From Gracilinanus agilis (lineage: Eukaryota): a DNA stretch of 64,000 nucleotides. Made by a program: the position numbers and the translations under genes. How positions within the stretch are numbered: the stretch's first letter is position 1; every line of letters starts with the position of its first letter. Where the stretch lies: assembly GCF_016433145.1 (NCBI RefSeq), contig NC_058133.1, forward strand, positions 251,297,442 through 251,361,441. The letters run 5' to 3'. Of this stretch, positions 23,335-37,316 are shown piece by piece. The notes beneath the pieces are model-generated. The model was not told where the DNA came from, did not search any database, and was given only the letters and a program-made list of their open reading frames with translations.

Positions 23335-24312
23335 CTTTGAGGAGAGCAGAGTGGGGGGGACCCAGCGGGATAAGGAACTCTCCATTATACACTGCCTTCT
23401 CCCCCACCCACCATAGGGACCAGACTTCCAGTTCCCAAAGTTTCCAAAGCCTAATATCTTCGTGAAATAGACTAAATTCTAAGTTGCAAGAAACTCCCCC
23501 AAGGAAAGACCCGAGAACTGCCTCCCCACACAAGGGAAAGGCAAGCACTGGCGCTGGGAAGAAAGACCTGTTCACTTTGCCCTACTCCGATTAAAGAGCT
23601 TTTGGCTTCCATCTGCTTTTGGGACACCTAGAGAACTCCCAAAAGTGCTAAGGGGAAAATCCAGTACTGGCGGGTCTATACTAAGAAAACTGAAGGAAGT
23701 TCTGTCCTGGGGTCTCCTCCAGGCTCTACCCTATTCCTCTCCGGTTTCCCAGAGGAAAAGTGTCTCTAGGGTACCCCTAGGGAACCTCGAGAAGAGGTTG
23801 TCTAGTACCTACCTGCCAGACTGAGACTCCACTACGTGAGTGTTACGCTCAGCGTCGCCTCGGGAGCAGTGAAGCCGGACTCCGTTCAGGGCCGTGTCAT
23901 CTACAGGGATGCCCTGGGAGGGCTCGACCTTATGGGGTGTGAGGAATGATTATCAGAATAATTTCCTGACCCAGACAGTAAGAGTAAACCCAGGGGATGA
24001 AGTCTCCAAGACCCTCCCTCACTATTCTGGGACCCAGGCATCTGGCTCCTGACCCCTTTGGCAACTTGGATCCCGCAGAGACCCAGACTCAGAGCCCCCA
24101 ACCTTGAGGGAGAAGCCACTGGCGAAGAATCCATCCGGACACATCTCGGGCCACGCCCAGTCTCCCCAGGGTCCGCCGTTGGGCACCTCGACAACAGCGG
24201 TGTAGAGGCGCCCTTCGCGCTCCCTGAAACCGTTGTATTCAGCAGAGTCTGACCTGAGACAAGATTCCAGGAGGAGCAATAACAGCGCCATGGACCGAAT
24301 TCCCGAAATCAT
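23037..24312 (-). CDS. VMO1: Vitelline membrane outer layer protein 1 homolog, complement(join(23037..23334,23813..23928,24103..24312)), 207 aa (200 aa if the ATG at 24291 is used)
   Basis: Signal-like MALLLLLL; motifs [53 protein letters not shown] and DDTALNDLRLFCC; 8 Cys after the signal peptide; GT-AG introns of phase 0 and 2. Confidence 0.96.
23813..23928 (-). CDS. VMO1: VMO1 coding exon 2 (116 nt)
   Basis: [38 protein letters not shown]; ataag acceptor and GTAGGT donor. Confidence 0.95.
24103..24312 (-). CDS. VMO1: VMO1 coding exon 1
   Basis: 70 codons ending SGFSLK, followed by donor GTTGGG. Two in-frame ATGs (24312 and 24291), so the start is uncertain. Confidence 0.9.
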
Positions 24313-27194
24313 CCTGCCTTTCTGCCTGGCCTTCCACGGGACTCACAGTTCATAGAGTTACCACTCCTTTGGCTCCAATTGCGGAAGGCAAGGGCAGAGG
24401 CAAAGATTAAGGAACACCTGACACTAATCCTAGGCCCCTCTCGGAGGGGTGGAGAAGGAGGAAGGAAGACTATACCGTGGTGCTGTGGAGATGAAGGCTT
24501 TGTTTGGGAGGCATTGTTCAGAATAGAAGAGAACGATAATAGAGTCTATTTTTCACAGTCTTCTTTCCCTATTAAGTCATTTTACGAGACACTGCGAAAT
24601 TCTGGGGTTACAGATAAAAGGGAAATCCTTTTTGCTTGGCTTTGGGGGAGGAGGGGCACAGAGGTTAGGGGAGCTAAGGAAGGGAAGCAACTCTCATTTG
24701 GATAAGTAGTTGCTAGATTTAACAAAGTAAATATAAAGCATTGGAGAGGGGAGGTACCATAGAGGAAGGATTCATTCGAGGAGCATTGTTGAGCTGAGCT
24801 TTTGCTGGATAGAGGGATTCTAACGCATAAGGAGAATTCAAAATACATTCCATTCTATGAGGGTGGGGTCAGCCTGTGCAAAAGCAGGAATTAGAAATGG
24901 AATGTTGCATATGCAGAAGAGTAAGAAGGTAAATGCTCCCATATAGTGAAAGTTGAATTGACCATCACAAGGAAGCTTGAGCCAAGAAGTCCCCTGGAGA
25001 CTTCCAGGGACTTGAAGGTGACCTAGAACTGAAATGACTGGTGCTTTAGTATGACCCAGAAAATCCTGAGAGGTCCCTTGGCCCTCCCCTAGCCATGTGA
25101 CACTCCCCTGGGGTAGTGAGCTTTTTAAAATGCTGCTTCACTTAAAAAGAGAGACCACAAAAAGAGAAGTCCTTCTACCTTCCATCTCTTAAGAGGCACT
25201 AGAGTAGGGGGGACTCCACCAGACAAGCTTGCCTTGCCCCCCCCCCCTTTTCTGTTTTTTCTCCTAAGTAGTTAACCTAGCACAAAAACTCCAGGTAAAC
25301 ATGTCCAGTCTTTTAATCCTTTTCTAATCTATATAACTTCTCTTATTTCTTCATGGTGGACAAATGGGTTTATTCACTATTCCCTATTTGTGACAGCCTT
25401 GCATAACTAGCATGTGACAGGAAGAGATCTAACCCTTCCGATATAGCTTGAGGTACTCCTTCTAGGTAGAGCAATAAGTAAAAGAGCTTTAAACCTTAAA
25501 AAAAAAAAAAAAAAAAAAACCTTTCCTATCACTCACAGTTTTTAGGAGGCAGATTGATAATGATTCTACCTTATTAGTACCTCTGAAGAGAACATGACTG
25601 GCCCAGCATCATGGGCCCAGTGCCCTGCTCCCTTCTAAGTTAGACTACCCCTGAGGAGAGTGGATGAGATTCCAAAGAGATCTATCTGTTCATATCTCCT
25701 TTTGAGCCATGTTTAAACAAACTCATGTGCATATACACACTAGCCTAAATAGGCAACACACACATCCATATACACATCCTTTACATTTGGAAGGGAATAT
25801 AGGGAGATTAGTGAAAGAGTGATGATCTGGGAAAAGTTCTGAAAGGTGTACAAGTTGGAAGTTCCAGTGAGACAAAGAATAGTTTTAGTAGAAATAAGGT
25901 ATAGAGAGAGGTAAAATGTTAGGAAATTATGTTCCAACATTTTAGGCCAAGTGAAAATTGGCCACAAAAGCAAGGTTAGGATTTGGAGAGATTGAATCAA
26001 GGTGACAAGTTTAAAAAACAGAAAAAAAACTCCATGGTCTTTTACTAAATTCTAATATTCAGCAAAGATTGACAGGTGCAGCTCTCCCCTTTCCCACTCA
26101 GATTAATAATAACAATAACCCCCTGGGTTTTGTTTGTGGGCTGGGGTGGCTCAGATTCCCAGATTGCACAGCAATGAATGTTTTGGGGAAAACTTCTGAG
26201 GTTCTGCTTGTGTGTATGAGACTATGACTGGTATGGGAGATTTCTGGGAAGGAAAAAGAAAATAAAGGAGAGGGTAGGAATTAGAATAGTAGATGGACTT
26301 TCATCTTCCAAGAGTTATGACCTTACCCACTTCGAGTCTCCAAAGCCTACATCCAGAGGAACTATGAAAACCAGCTGCAAAGGTGCTTTCAATGTGGATG
26401 AGGAGGTATGGAAGTCCAGTTGGGTGAGTCAATCCCTCATCATAAAAGTAATCCTTCTTCTTCCTCCCATTTCCTGCCCTAGATACTTATTATCTGGTTT
26501 CTCCAAATACCTGAGTAGGAAGCCTTCTTACTCCTTGCAGTCAGAAAATTTGATATCATATATTTTATTGTCTGTGCTTATCAGCTTATTTTCTGCCCCC
26601 ACCCCTTCATGAGTATACACACCTGTGCTTTCTGTATACATATATATTAATTTAAACACAATGAATGCCGAAAATATTCTTTAGCTTATGTGTAAAGTAG
26701 TTGAAGTAATAGATTCAACAAGTGCCAGAGGAAAAACTGTTGGAAGCCCAATAAGCCATATCCACAGTCCTAGATGGAGCAGGTGAAATATAGGTGTCCC
26801 AAAGTCTTAGTGCAATTTTAAATATCCTCTCAGTATCCCTGATAAATGACCAGAACTGTATAAAGATCAGAGACAACTACTTAGTATCCTACCCAAGCAT
26901 AAGCCTCTAGCCAGAAGAGGAGCCTAATATTTAAAGTACAAAAGGAAAAGGAAGAGAGGGATTAAAGTGCTTTGCCAAACTCATCTGGGTTCTTTGCTTC
27001 CTTTCCCCCAATATATGGCCATTTGAACTGTGGTCTCAAATCTAAAAATAGATTTCCTGTGCCCTGTCTATATCTTTGCTTCTTGTGGGGGACTTCAGTA
27101 CCTAAGCTTCTTACACTCTGTAAAGAAGAAAGTAGAGAATCCTAGTATAAATCATTGAGACCAATTATCCTTATGCCTAACTAGAAATGAACCA

Positions 27195-29160
27195 CCAGGA
27201 CCAGCCAAGATTGTAGGGTGAGAGGAAGCAATATAGACCTGCACCTTCTCATAACTACTTCACAAAGATCTAGAAAACTTACCAGCCCAAGTCTTTGTTG
27301 GGGGGGGAAAAAAAAAAAGAAAAGAAAAGATAAAAATCACAAGACATTTTTTTTTCCAGCTCAGTTTCTACATAAAAGGACTGAAAACACTGAGAATGGA
27401 GTGTCTAGCCAGGAGCCTGTCTGAAAAAGGACCTATGGCTCTGTACTAGGACAAAAAAAAAAATCTCAAATCCAGCACAGAGTGGTCTGACATAGGGAGA
27501 AGGAAGAAGTGACACTTGACAACAGTATTTATCCTACCTGAGAGCTAGGTCTCGTATATAGTTTGAAATTAAGAGAAGACCTGGGATCTGCCCAGTCCAG
27601 GACTAAGACTCCAGAACCAGAAGCTATGGACTGGGCCAGGATAAGGAACAGAAGCAAACAATATCATGGGAGAATCTCAGTTCCAGCTTCCAGCCAGTCT
27701 GAAGTCTGCAGCAGAATAAGTAGGATAGGCAGCTCAATCCAAAGAGGATCTTGCAGTTCTGTCCCTCTGAAACTGCAGAGGTTTGCAGCTGAAAGTAGCA
27801 AAGTAGACCAGCATCAATTTACTTGAACTTCAACCAGGGGCAAACTCACAGTTGTGTAATTCAGACCCAAACCCAGGTTAGGAGATGTCAGGGCTTATAC
27901 CAGGAGGTAGTAATCAATCTTCATCCTAGGTCAGATCATTTTAGACACCCTGAAAAGTGTTTAACCTAAGCTTCCTGAACTCTTCCTGAGATCCTGTGAT
28001 AACACAATACTCAATACCCCAAGAAGGCAGTAGAGGGACCCAAGAGGTCATAAAACAGAACCAAGCATAGCTCAGCTATTTCTTCCAAAAGTGTGTAGAG
28101 CCTGGCCCTAACACAAGGGAGGAAGTAAGGCTGGGGAATCAGTCAGCAAACAAGCAAAAATAATCTCACCATAAAGGCTATTACTGGGATAGGGAGGCAT
28201 GAAAAGGATTTACTGCAAAACATGTAAAGCAGAGAAAGCCTCAAGGGAGAACATAATTTGGGTACAAGTTCAACTAGAATTCTTGAAAGAAATAGTTTTT
28301 TAAGGTTTAAGATGATTTAATAATTATTATTTTATAATTAGAACATTACAGAAAGCAAATTTAAAAATGTTTGTTCTATAAGAGAGAATTAGAGAATTAA
28401 CAGGTGTGGCACAAGAGATACAAATCTTATCCACACAACAGACTCCTTTAAAATGAGAATGGGCCAAAAGGAAGCCAATAAATCAATAAGAAATATTAAA
28501 ATAGTCAAAGACTGAGAAAAATGGAAGAAAATGCAAAAAAAAATGGAAGGTAATGCAAAAAACAACTGACCTGAAATACAGATCAAAGTGAGATTATTTA
28601 AGAATCACTACATTACCTGAAATCTACAACCAAAAAAAAGGGCCTAGATATCATGTTTCAAGAAATCGTTTTTAATTTATTGCTTTCTTTTTTTATTTTA
28701 TTTTCATTAGCATGCAAAGCACAATTCTATATTGTCATTATTGTAAGAGCACATATACATAGCCAAAACCCCAAAATAAAATCATAAATACACTGATGAG
28801 AAAAATAGTATGCTTTGATCTGCATCCATCTGACTCCAATAGTTCTTCCTCTGAAGGTGAATAGTATTCCCTGTCATAAGTCTTTGAGGATTGTCTCAGA
28901 TCATTGCATTGCTGAGAATAGCCAAGTTTTCACAGTTGACCATCATATAATATTACTATTACTATGTACAATATTCTCCTATGTTTCAAGAAATCTTAAA
29001 ACTGCTGGTCTCTTAAAACCAGAGGGCAAAGTGAAAATAGAATCCATCAATTTACCTCTTGAAAGAAACTCCAAGATGAAAATTTCCAGGAACATTATAG
29101 CCATAATCCAGAGTTTCTAGGTCAAAGGGGGAAAAAATCAAATTCAGCCAAAAAGAAAGA
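27195..29160 (+). mobile_element. L1 5' fragment (5'UTR and degraded ORF1)
   Basis: AGCCAAGATTG 5'-end motif at 27203; ORF1-like DYLRITTLPE...KKGLDIMFQEI and KPEGKVKIE...SRNIIA. Confidence 0.7.
28668..28980 (-). mobile_element. 5'-truncated L1 3' end inserted in L1 ORF1
   Basis: T-rich tail at left; perfect 15-bp TSD ATGTTTCAAGAAATC at 28653-28667 and 28981-28995. Confidence 0.8.
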
Positions 29161-29166
29161 ATTCAA

Positions 29167-29339
29167 TGGGGGCAGCTGAGTGGCTCAGTGGATTGAGAGC
29201 CAGGCCTAGAGACAAGAGGTCCTGGGTTCAAATCTGGCCTCAGATACGTGTTAGCTGTTTACACTGGGCAAGTCACTTAACCCCCATTGCCTAGTCCTTA
29301 CCACTCTTCTGCCTTGGAGCCAACACACAGCATTGACTC
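29167..29339 (+). mobile_element. SINE1_Mdo-type SINE running into an N gap
   Basis: Head and core are visible; the tail lies in the gap. Confidence 0.85.
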
Positions 29340-29490
29340 NNNNNNNNNNNNNNNNNNNNNNNNNNNNNNNNNNNNNNNNNNNNNNNNNNNNNNNNNNNNN
29401 NNNNNNNNNNNNNNNNNNNNNNNNNNNNNNNNNNNNNNNNNNNNNNNNNNNNNNNNNNNNNNNNNNNNNNNNNNNNNNNNNNNNNNNNNN
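29340..29490. other. Assembly gap (N)
   Basis: Run of N. Confidence 1.
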
Positions 29491-30184
29491 CAGAGAATAC
29501 ATTGGCCTTCCACAAATTTGGTGGTCTCAATAGGTAAGAGAATGTACTTTCTCTTCTTTCCTTATGGTGTCTTAATTCCAAACTCATCTAGTGCTATAGA
29601 CTGGGGTTGTGGGATTTGAGGAAGAATCTACCTTCCACAGGGAGGGAGACTGGGTTCTCATTCAGAGTTTTGATAGCTCTTCATTTAATTAATTTACATT
29701 TTTGTGATCATTATGAACCTTTTGGCTCTGACTACTTCTTGTCTAAGCCACTTCTTTTATTTCTTGTATTTCTCTGAATTCTTCATATGTCATTCCTTAC
29801 AGTGTATTATCAATTATATTCATATATCAAAATTTGTTCAGCCATTCCCCATCTGTTGGGTATGTATTTTATTCCAGATTTTTTTTATCATAAGACTACT
29901 TTAAACATGTTGTATATATACATGGTCTTTCCTTGCTGTCAATAACCTCCTTTATAACTACTGGAAACAGTTCCAGTAGAAGAATCTCTGAGTCAAAAGA
30001 TATAAATAAATTAGTGCAATTTCTTGTAGAATTCCAAATTGATGTTCATAAGGGTTTAACAAATTCACATCTTCACAGGCAATAACCTATTATGCCTATA
30101 TTCTTTTGCTATCTTCAACCATTAATTTCCCCATTTTCTTATTTTTTCTGGTTTGGCAGGTACCTAAAGATAAGATTTTTTTAT

Positions 30185-31240
30185 GTTCCAAATCACCAAT
30201 AAAATAAAGAAATGCAGATTAAAACAACTCTGAGATATCATTTCATACCCATCAGATTGGTTAATGTGACAGAAAAGGAAAATGACAAATGCTGAAGGGG
30301 GTGTGGAAAAATAGATACACTAATGCACTGTTAGTAGAATTGTGAACTGTTCCCACCATTATGGAGAGCAATCTGGTACTATGCCCAGAGGGCTAATAAA
30401 CCATGAGAACCCTTTGACCTAGCTATATCACTTCTAGGTCTTTATCTCAAAGAGATCAAAGGAAAAGGAAAAGGACTTATATATACAAAAACATTTAGAG
30501 CTGCTCTTTTTGTGGTGTCAAAGAACTGGAAACTGAGGGGTAATGGATAAACAAGTTATGGTATATGGTTGTTCTGGAATACTATTGTGTTGTAAGAAAT
30601 GAAGAAGGGCATGGCTTCAGAAAAACCTAGGATAGTAATGGCTAACCTTTTAAAGGCCAAGTGCCCAAACTACAACCTTCACCCCATATATATATACCTC
30701 TCCCCAAACCCCCACCTTATCCCAGATGGAATAGGAAGTGCTCCCATTGGGCTGCTGAGCAAAGGGGCAGTTGAGAAATGTCTTCAGGCAGGCATTCAGG
30801 AGACAGGAAAGGGAGCATTCCTCTCTGGCGTGAGTGCCATAGATTCACCAACACGGACCTAGAAAAATTTATACAAAGCAATACAAAGCAAAGTAAGCAG
30901 ACCCAGTCATAGCAGCATTGTAATGACAATTAACTGTGAAAGTTACTTGGCTACTCTGATCAATTCATTGGTCCACAACAATTCCAAAGGGCCTGTGATG
31001 AAAAAGGCTATTCACCTCCAGAAAAAAATGATGAACTCTGAGTACAGATTAAAGTATATATTTTTTACTCATTTTTACTCATTGCTTTTTTTTTTTTTTA
31101 CAACATGGCTAATACATTTTTCATGACTTCATATATATAATGAACATCATATTTCTTGTCATCTTGATGAGTAGAGGAAGCTTAGGAGAGAGAATTTGAA
31201 TCTGAAAGTTAAAAAATTTAAATAAAAAAATAATGAATCA
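30185..31240 (+). mobile_element. L1 ORF2 end and 3'UTR fragment
   Basis: aaatgcagattaaaacaactctgagatatc... continuing into the 3'UTR; interrupted by hAT copy D. Confidence 0.7.
30633..30856. mobile_element. hAT MITE copy D, nested in an L1 3' fragment
   Basis: Ends TAGTAATGGCTAACCT ... AGATTCACCAACACGG; TSD ACCTAGGA/ACCTAGAA. Confidence 0.75.
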
Positions 31241-31364
31241 GAAACTATGAAGTAATTAAGCCATTTTCTGGGAACAAGATGAAATCTTAGTTAAAACTAA
31301 GTAAGATGTCCCAATCTCACCAAAGGGGAAATTCCCTGAAGTCTCTAGGAAGGCAAGATGTAAA

Positions 31365-32335
31365 TCAAGAACATGTTTTTCATGGCTTCCAGCAGGTCTC
31401 CAATTCTCGTCTCCAATCTGGTCTCAAATCTGCTCATTACTTCATTTAATTTCTGTACCTCTTTTCCCACATGGGCAATTTTGTCTTTTAAACAGTTATT
31501 TTCTTTTTGTATTACTTTCATTTCTTTTTCTCACTTTTCTTTCCATTTTTCTTCTATATTTCTTACTTGGTTCTTGAACTCCTTTTTATGTTCCTTGAGA
31601 GCTTATGACCAATTTCCATTTTTTTGAGAAAGTTTGGATTGTGTTTGCTTGTTCGTCACTTTCTGCTATTGCTTCTGTTATTTTGCTCTTTTTCTCCAAA
31701 GAAATTATCCAGGGTCAAGAGCATTTTTTTGCTGCTGCTTATTCCTTTTGCCACTAGTGGACTGGGGTTCCTGCATGTTGTTTGCTTTCTTAGCTTCTGT
31801 CTCACAGGGCTTTGCCTTGGTTGTATCTTCCCTTCCCAGTCAGAAGCCTGAGTGAGGGCAGATAGATTTATAGTGTTCTTTATGTAATAGTGCTTTAAAG
31901 CATTTTGCTCTGAGGCTGTCTTTCTAGCCCCCACTGCCTCAGCTGAGGCCAGCCTTGTTTCTACCCAAGCACCTGGCTCTGCTGCCCAGGTTTGGGACTC
32001 TTCAGTCTCCGGTCTCAAGTCTCACTGTCAAGACCTTGCACTGCCCTCAGGGGCAAGTCTGTGGTGCTTTCCTGAGCCCCAGAGAATTTAGAGATTGCCC
32101 AGGGCCACACTCTGACTCTGGCAGTAGGTGATGTGGGGGAGGGGTGATCATAGTTTCAACCCCTTAGAGCATGGGAATCTCCAAACATTGCCTACCTTTA
32201 AGGCTTTGTCCAGTGGGAAAGCCCCTTTACTTGTCCAATTTTGATTTCTGTCCTTTTGAGAAGCTTTGTAATGACTGGTTGAAAGGAGATTCAGAAAGTT
32301 CCTGCTACTACACTGCCATCTTAGCTCTGCCTCCC
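31365..32335 (-). mobile_element. L1 5' fragment (5'UTR and ORF1 start)
   Basis: GGGAGGCAGAGCTAAGATGGC 5' end; ORF1-like KKMLLTLDNFFGEKEQN followed by a coiled-coil-like A-rich region. Confidence 0.7.
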
Positions 32336-32426
32336 AAGGACTCATTGAAGAACTGATTCACCTTGAATGCCTGCAGGTTACAAAGTTTTTGTACTTGCCT
32401 CAGGGGCATATAAAACATCCCAGGCT

Positions 32427-32630
32427 GGGGCAGCTGGGTAGCTCAGTGGATTGAGAGCCAGGCCTAGAGACAGGAGGTCCTAGGTTCAAATCCAGCCTCA
32501 GACACTTCCCAGCTGTGGGACCCTGGGCAAGTCACTTGACCCCCATTGCCTACCCTTACCACTCTTCCACCTATAAGTCAATACACAGAAGTTAAGGGTT
32601 TAAAATAAAACAAAATAAATAAATAAATAA
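32427..32630 (+). mobile_element. Young SINE1_Mdo-type SINE
   Basis: 17-bp TSD ATAAAACATCCCAGGCT; (AAAT)n tail. Confidence 0.92.
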
Positions 32631-35600
32631 ATAAAACATCCCAGGCTTCGCTGGGAACCCACATTGCGATAATAACAATGATAATCATATAATACTACAT
32701 GTTTCTCATTTTGATTCCCACAACAACCTTGGGAGATAGTTGCTATTATTATCTCCACTTAACATATGAGGAAACTGAGGCAGAGGTTAAATGACCTGCC
32801 CAGGTTCATACTGCTAACAAGTGTCTGAGGGGAGATTTGAACTCAGATTTTCTTGATTCCAGGCCCTGCACTCCACCATCTAGTTATACTAGGAGGCTTA
32901 TACGACAAAGAGATCAAAGAAAGTAATTATATATTAAAAAAAAAACAAAAAAAATCTATTTCACCACAGCCTAGTGAAGAAAACCTTTTAATTGGGTCCT
33001 CCACCAGAAGTGAGTGTATAAATAAAAAAAATAAATAAACAGTAACCAATCAAATTGCCAGGGCTGCTGTTAAGTCTTTGGATGATTGGGGTTACTATAT
33101 GACTTTATTTATTTATCTTTTTAGATTAAAAAAAATTTTTTTTTTATTTCCATGGTTACATGATTCATGACCATATGACTTTAAAGCCTGCAGTTTACAA
33201 AGTTTTGTAATTTTGTCTTTGTGGGATCTATAATTTCTGGTTCTTAAATGAGGGAATATCATACTTAGAGTAATCTGGCAATATTTAAAATGTCAAAGAA
33301 GCTACTTTCCCTGATCACACCAGGTAGGGGGCCATCATTCCCCAAATCAGAAAGGTAATAGTTAACTTAATTTCAACCAGCTTAGTTGCCCTCCCAGCAG
33401 ACCCTATTACACTTAGAACAATCATAGATGCTGAGTAAACATATTTATCAGAGCAAGTGGTAAAAGAGTAACCAGGGAAGTTATACAGATGAGTTCAGAC
33501 AATAGAACCTGGGGATTCTGCTATTTGGGATTAAAATGAAATCTCAGTTCAACACAGGAGAGAATGATTTTATTCACACACACACATCCCCCCAAAATTC
33601 TCTTAACAGTTTCTAGGGGTGCAAGAACTGGAAATCAAAGGACATGGTGAGGTGTTGACTTTCCCCACATGCCTAGGGCCCTGGGGAGGTCTCCTATCTG
33701 CCATTTAAAGTCCATATTTTGCCTCTTGTCCTCCATCTCCTTCACTCTCCAACTATATGCATCACTATGGGCTCAGGGTCTCTTAATCCTCATATCTCCC
33801 AATATGTACATAGCATCACAAGGCTGCCCTTCAGGGAACTTCTCCAGGCCTACCAAGGTATTACATTTTTAGGAATAATAAGGGAAATTGCTTCTCCAAC
33901 CTTTTGAATCTCTCAAGGTAGATCTGTCTTCAATAATTCTTCACCTAAGAACAAGAAAAAAACATGGATCATAAGTGATATAAGTGCCATGTGACTTTAG
34001 AGCATCATAGTGACTAGGTAAGGAAGAGGTTCCTCCTTCTAAGCACATTTTTTCTTTTACTTGAACTTCTGGGGTAAGAGAAAGTACCTTTTTTTATGTC
34101 AATTAGTTCCTTTTTATGTACATTCACTTCTAGCTTAGCAGGTAATGAAAAAGTTTTTCTATATTAAAGGGTGAGCACAGGAAACAGTTATAGAATAGTT
34201 GTGCGTTCTGGGAATCAGAGCAAGGTCTTTCCAACAAAAGAGACAGTTTCAGGGAAACCTGGGGAGATTTGTGTGAACTGATAAGAGAATAAAGTGAATG
34301 AGTAGAACCTGGAGAACAAATTATAGAATAAGAAAAATTTCACAAAGAAAAAGCAATTTTGAAAGACAATACCCAATAATTGGACATTGAGGGGATGGCC
34401 ATCAGTTGGGGAATGGCTGATGGAATACTATTGTGTTATAGGAAATGCTAAGCAAGATGATTTCAGAAAAAGCTGGAAATATTGGCATAAACTGGTATAG
34501 AGCAAAAAAAAGTAGAACCAGAAGAACACTGTTATTAAATTTAAAAAATTAAATTTAAAAAAAAGAAAGACAATGCCCAACCACAATTCTAGTGGACAAG
34601 TAATGAAGCATGCTACCCAATTCCAGAGAGGTAATGAACTAAAAACAAACAAATGAAAAAAAAAACATGTTTTTGGAAATGATTTATGTAACCATGGAAA
34701 ATTTTTCTAAAAATTAAAAATTAAAAACAAAATTTCCCCCCCCTCACCTTTGGTCTTAGTATCAATTCTAAAACAGAGGAGTAAGGGCTTAGGCAATGGG
34801 GTTCAGTGACTTGCCCAGGATCACACAGATTGTAACCCAGGTCCTCCTGACTTCAGGCTTAGTGCTCTATCTACTATGCTATTTAGCTGATCACCTCCCA
34901 CCCCACCACATCCATTGTTTTAGGACTTAAAAAAGGTTTAGCAAAAGAATTAAATTCTCAGTCCTAGGAAACACCTAGTACCTTCCCTATCCTGCTGAAT
35001 GAAGAATGTCCTCTGAGAGAAGAGGCTAAGGGATAGGACCAAGCATCTCCTCCCAAGCAATGACTTCCACCTGTGCCAACTGTCCTCTCTTGCCACCAGC
35101 CCAGTCTCACAACTGGGATGTGAATAACCTCTGGTGCCAAGAGACACAGCCTACTCTTTGACTTTAGGCAACTGTCCTTTGAGGGAAGAGGAAGAGGAAA
35201 ATTGGTGGGGAATGGGGCTACTATGCAGTTGACTTCTAACTTCATCTATGCCCTTTCCCTGCCTAATCTCTAACCTTTAGAAAGTAAAGAATTTGTGAAG
35301 CAAGGTCTCCCATCTCACTGTTTCATTGTGCACCTCCCATTTTATATTGCACTTACCTCTAATTTCCTTTGGGAAGAGAAGTGCTAACCTTCATTCAGTG
35401 ATGAACATTCTCCTACCAGATGATATCCTTCACATCCCAGTGACTGTGAACTTGTATAGATCATCTTCCATATCCCATTTCCCAACCCCAAACACAATTC
35501 CTTATTCCCATCCCCCTCAACCCAACCCTCCTAAAGTTTCAGTCAAATACCACTCAGCCCTTTTTTTGTACCCTCTGGAATGCTTGTTCTTTAGACAACA

Positions 35601-35929
35601 GATTTTCTTTCATCTTGAACTTTTTCACTTCCCATTCTTTCCATCTATTCTCTATTAATGAAACCTGTTTTCCCTCAAAATGACGCAGTTTCCTTGGCCA
35701 TCCTTCCCAGTACTTGCTGCACTTTCATTCTCTTGAGCTCACTGATCAAGGCCAGAGTGTTGGAATACTTTCTACTCCCCAATGCCACTTCCAAGTTCTC
35801 CCTCTACTTCCATCACTCAGTAACCTCTTTTCCTTTGAGGAAAATGCTATATATATCCTCTCAATCAAAATCCTTGTAACTGATGCCTACAAACCCCTTT
35901 CCTTCCTTTGTGAGTTCAGTAGCTGGCTC

Positions 35930-36900
35930 ACAATTTTTCTTTCAAATTCTGTCCTTATACTAGTAGACTTTAATCTACATTTGGATTTCTCTCAATGATA
36001 ATCTCTCATTTCCTCAACCTATTCACTTTTTCAGGAACCACTCCTCTATCCCACCTCAGTCACACACAAGGATAGTCATACCTTTGATCTCGTCATTGCC
36101 CATGAATGTACAACCTCTATGTTCAATAATTCTGAATTCCCCTTATCCAACCATGAACTATTGGCTTTTCACCTCTCCTTCTGCCTTCCCCTACAAAACT
36201 TTACTTTTTCTCTACACTTTCTCCTCTTTTATTCATCTTCACCCTTTGGAGAACAAATTCAACTCTACAGTGTCATTCTTTCTTGAATCTCTGGACCCTT
36301 ATCATATTGTCAGTTATGCCTAATCAGCCTCAGGATTACTCCTACCATTTGCCACCTTTGCTCTTACACATGTGCTACTAAACTGAAAATGGAGAACATC
36401 ACATGACTATTCAGACTGGTCCATTACAAATTTATGTTATATAGCCTTCACTAGGTCTTCATTGATGCTAGGCAATCCTACTATCTATACCTTCCTCATC
36501 AACTCACTATCCCATTTTCCATAAGTGTTCTTCTAAACCTTTTCTTCCCTCTTCAAATCTTCCATGGTTCTTCCTCCCTTCATAATCTCAGCTGAAAACC
36601 CTATTTCATATTTTACAGAAAAAATTGAGGCCATTCACCATAAGCTCCTTCTTTTCCCCACTTCCTCTTCTCCTATCACTTAGTTCAACCATTAACTTCT
36701 CCTTATTCCTTACCAAGACTCTACTTGTTCAAGTGATTCTACTCTAACTCATCTCCTCCAATAGACTACCTACACTTATTTTCAATTTATTCCTGTCTAC
36801 CGACCCATTTCCTACTTTCTTACAAACATGCTCATGTCCCTATCCTGAAAAAAAAAAAACATATCACTTTATCCTTCAATCCTCCATGTTGCCTTACATC
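35930..36900 (+). mobile_element. L2 ORF2-region fragment
   Basis: Pyrimidine-rich L2 text (cacacacaaggatagtcatacctttgatctc..., ttacagaaaaaattgaggccattc). Confidence 0.65.
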
Positions 36901-37316
36901 AATCCATCAAGAAATATTTCACAAGTATTTAATAAAAATGAAATGAAACTCTGGACTTACCCTCCCAACTCATACATCCTATAGTGTGTTTGTTTTTCTA
37001 GGGATATCATTAAGAATTTAAGTTATTTCTTTTTTGTTTTAAAATTTTAATTTTTTATTTATTCTGAACTTAAAACATGAACAAATATTTGCCTTTCCAT
37101 ATACACAGCAGAATACAAGAGGATGACATATGAAACCATGAATCTTCATTTCATACTGCTTGCTTTATAAAAAATGAATTATATTCTGCACATTACTTTC
37201 CAAATTATTCAGTTTCTCTCTGCTTCCTCTAATCTGTTCTCTTCTGTTCTCTTCTGTGTATTTTTAAATGTTTCAAAAAACAAATGTATTATTTATTTTT
37301 AACATCCTTTTCTTTT

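Noticed and set aside
22925-23575. 216-aa minus-strand ORF overlapping VMO1 exon 3 in another frame
   Set aside because: Runs through intron 2 and the 3'UTR with no homology recognised. Explained by GC-rich overlap.
31656-32018. 120-aa minus-strand ORF
   Set aside because: L1 5'UTR running into the start of a degraded ORF1, not a host gene.
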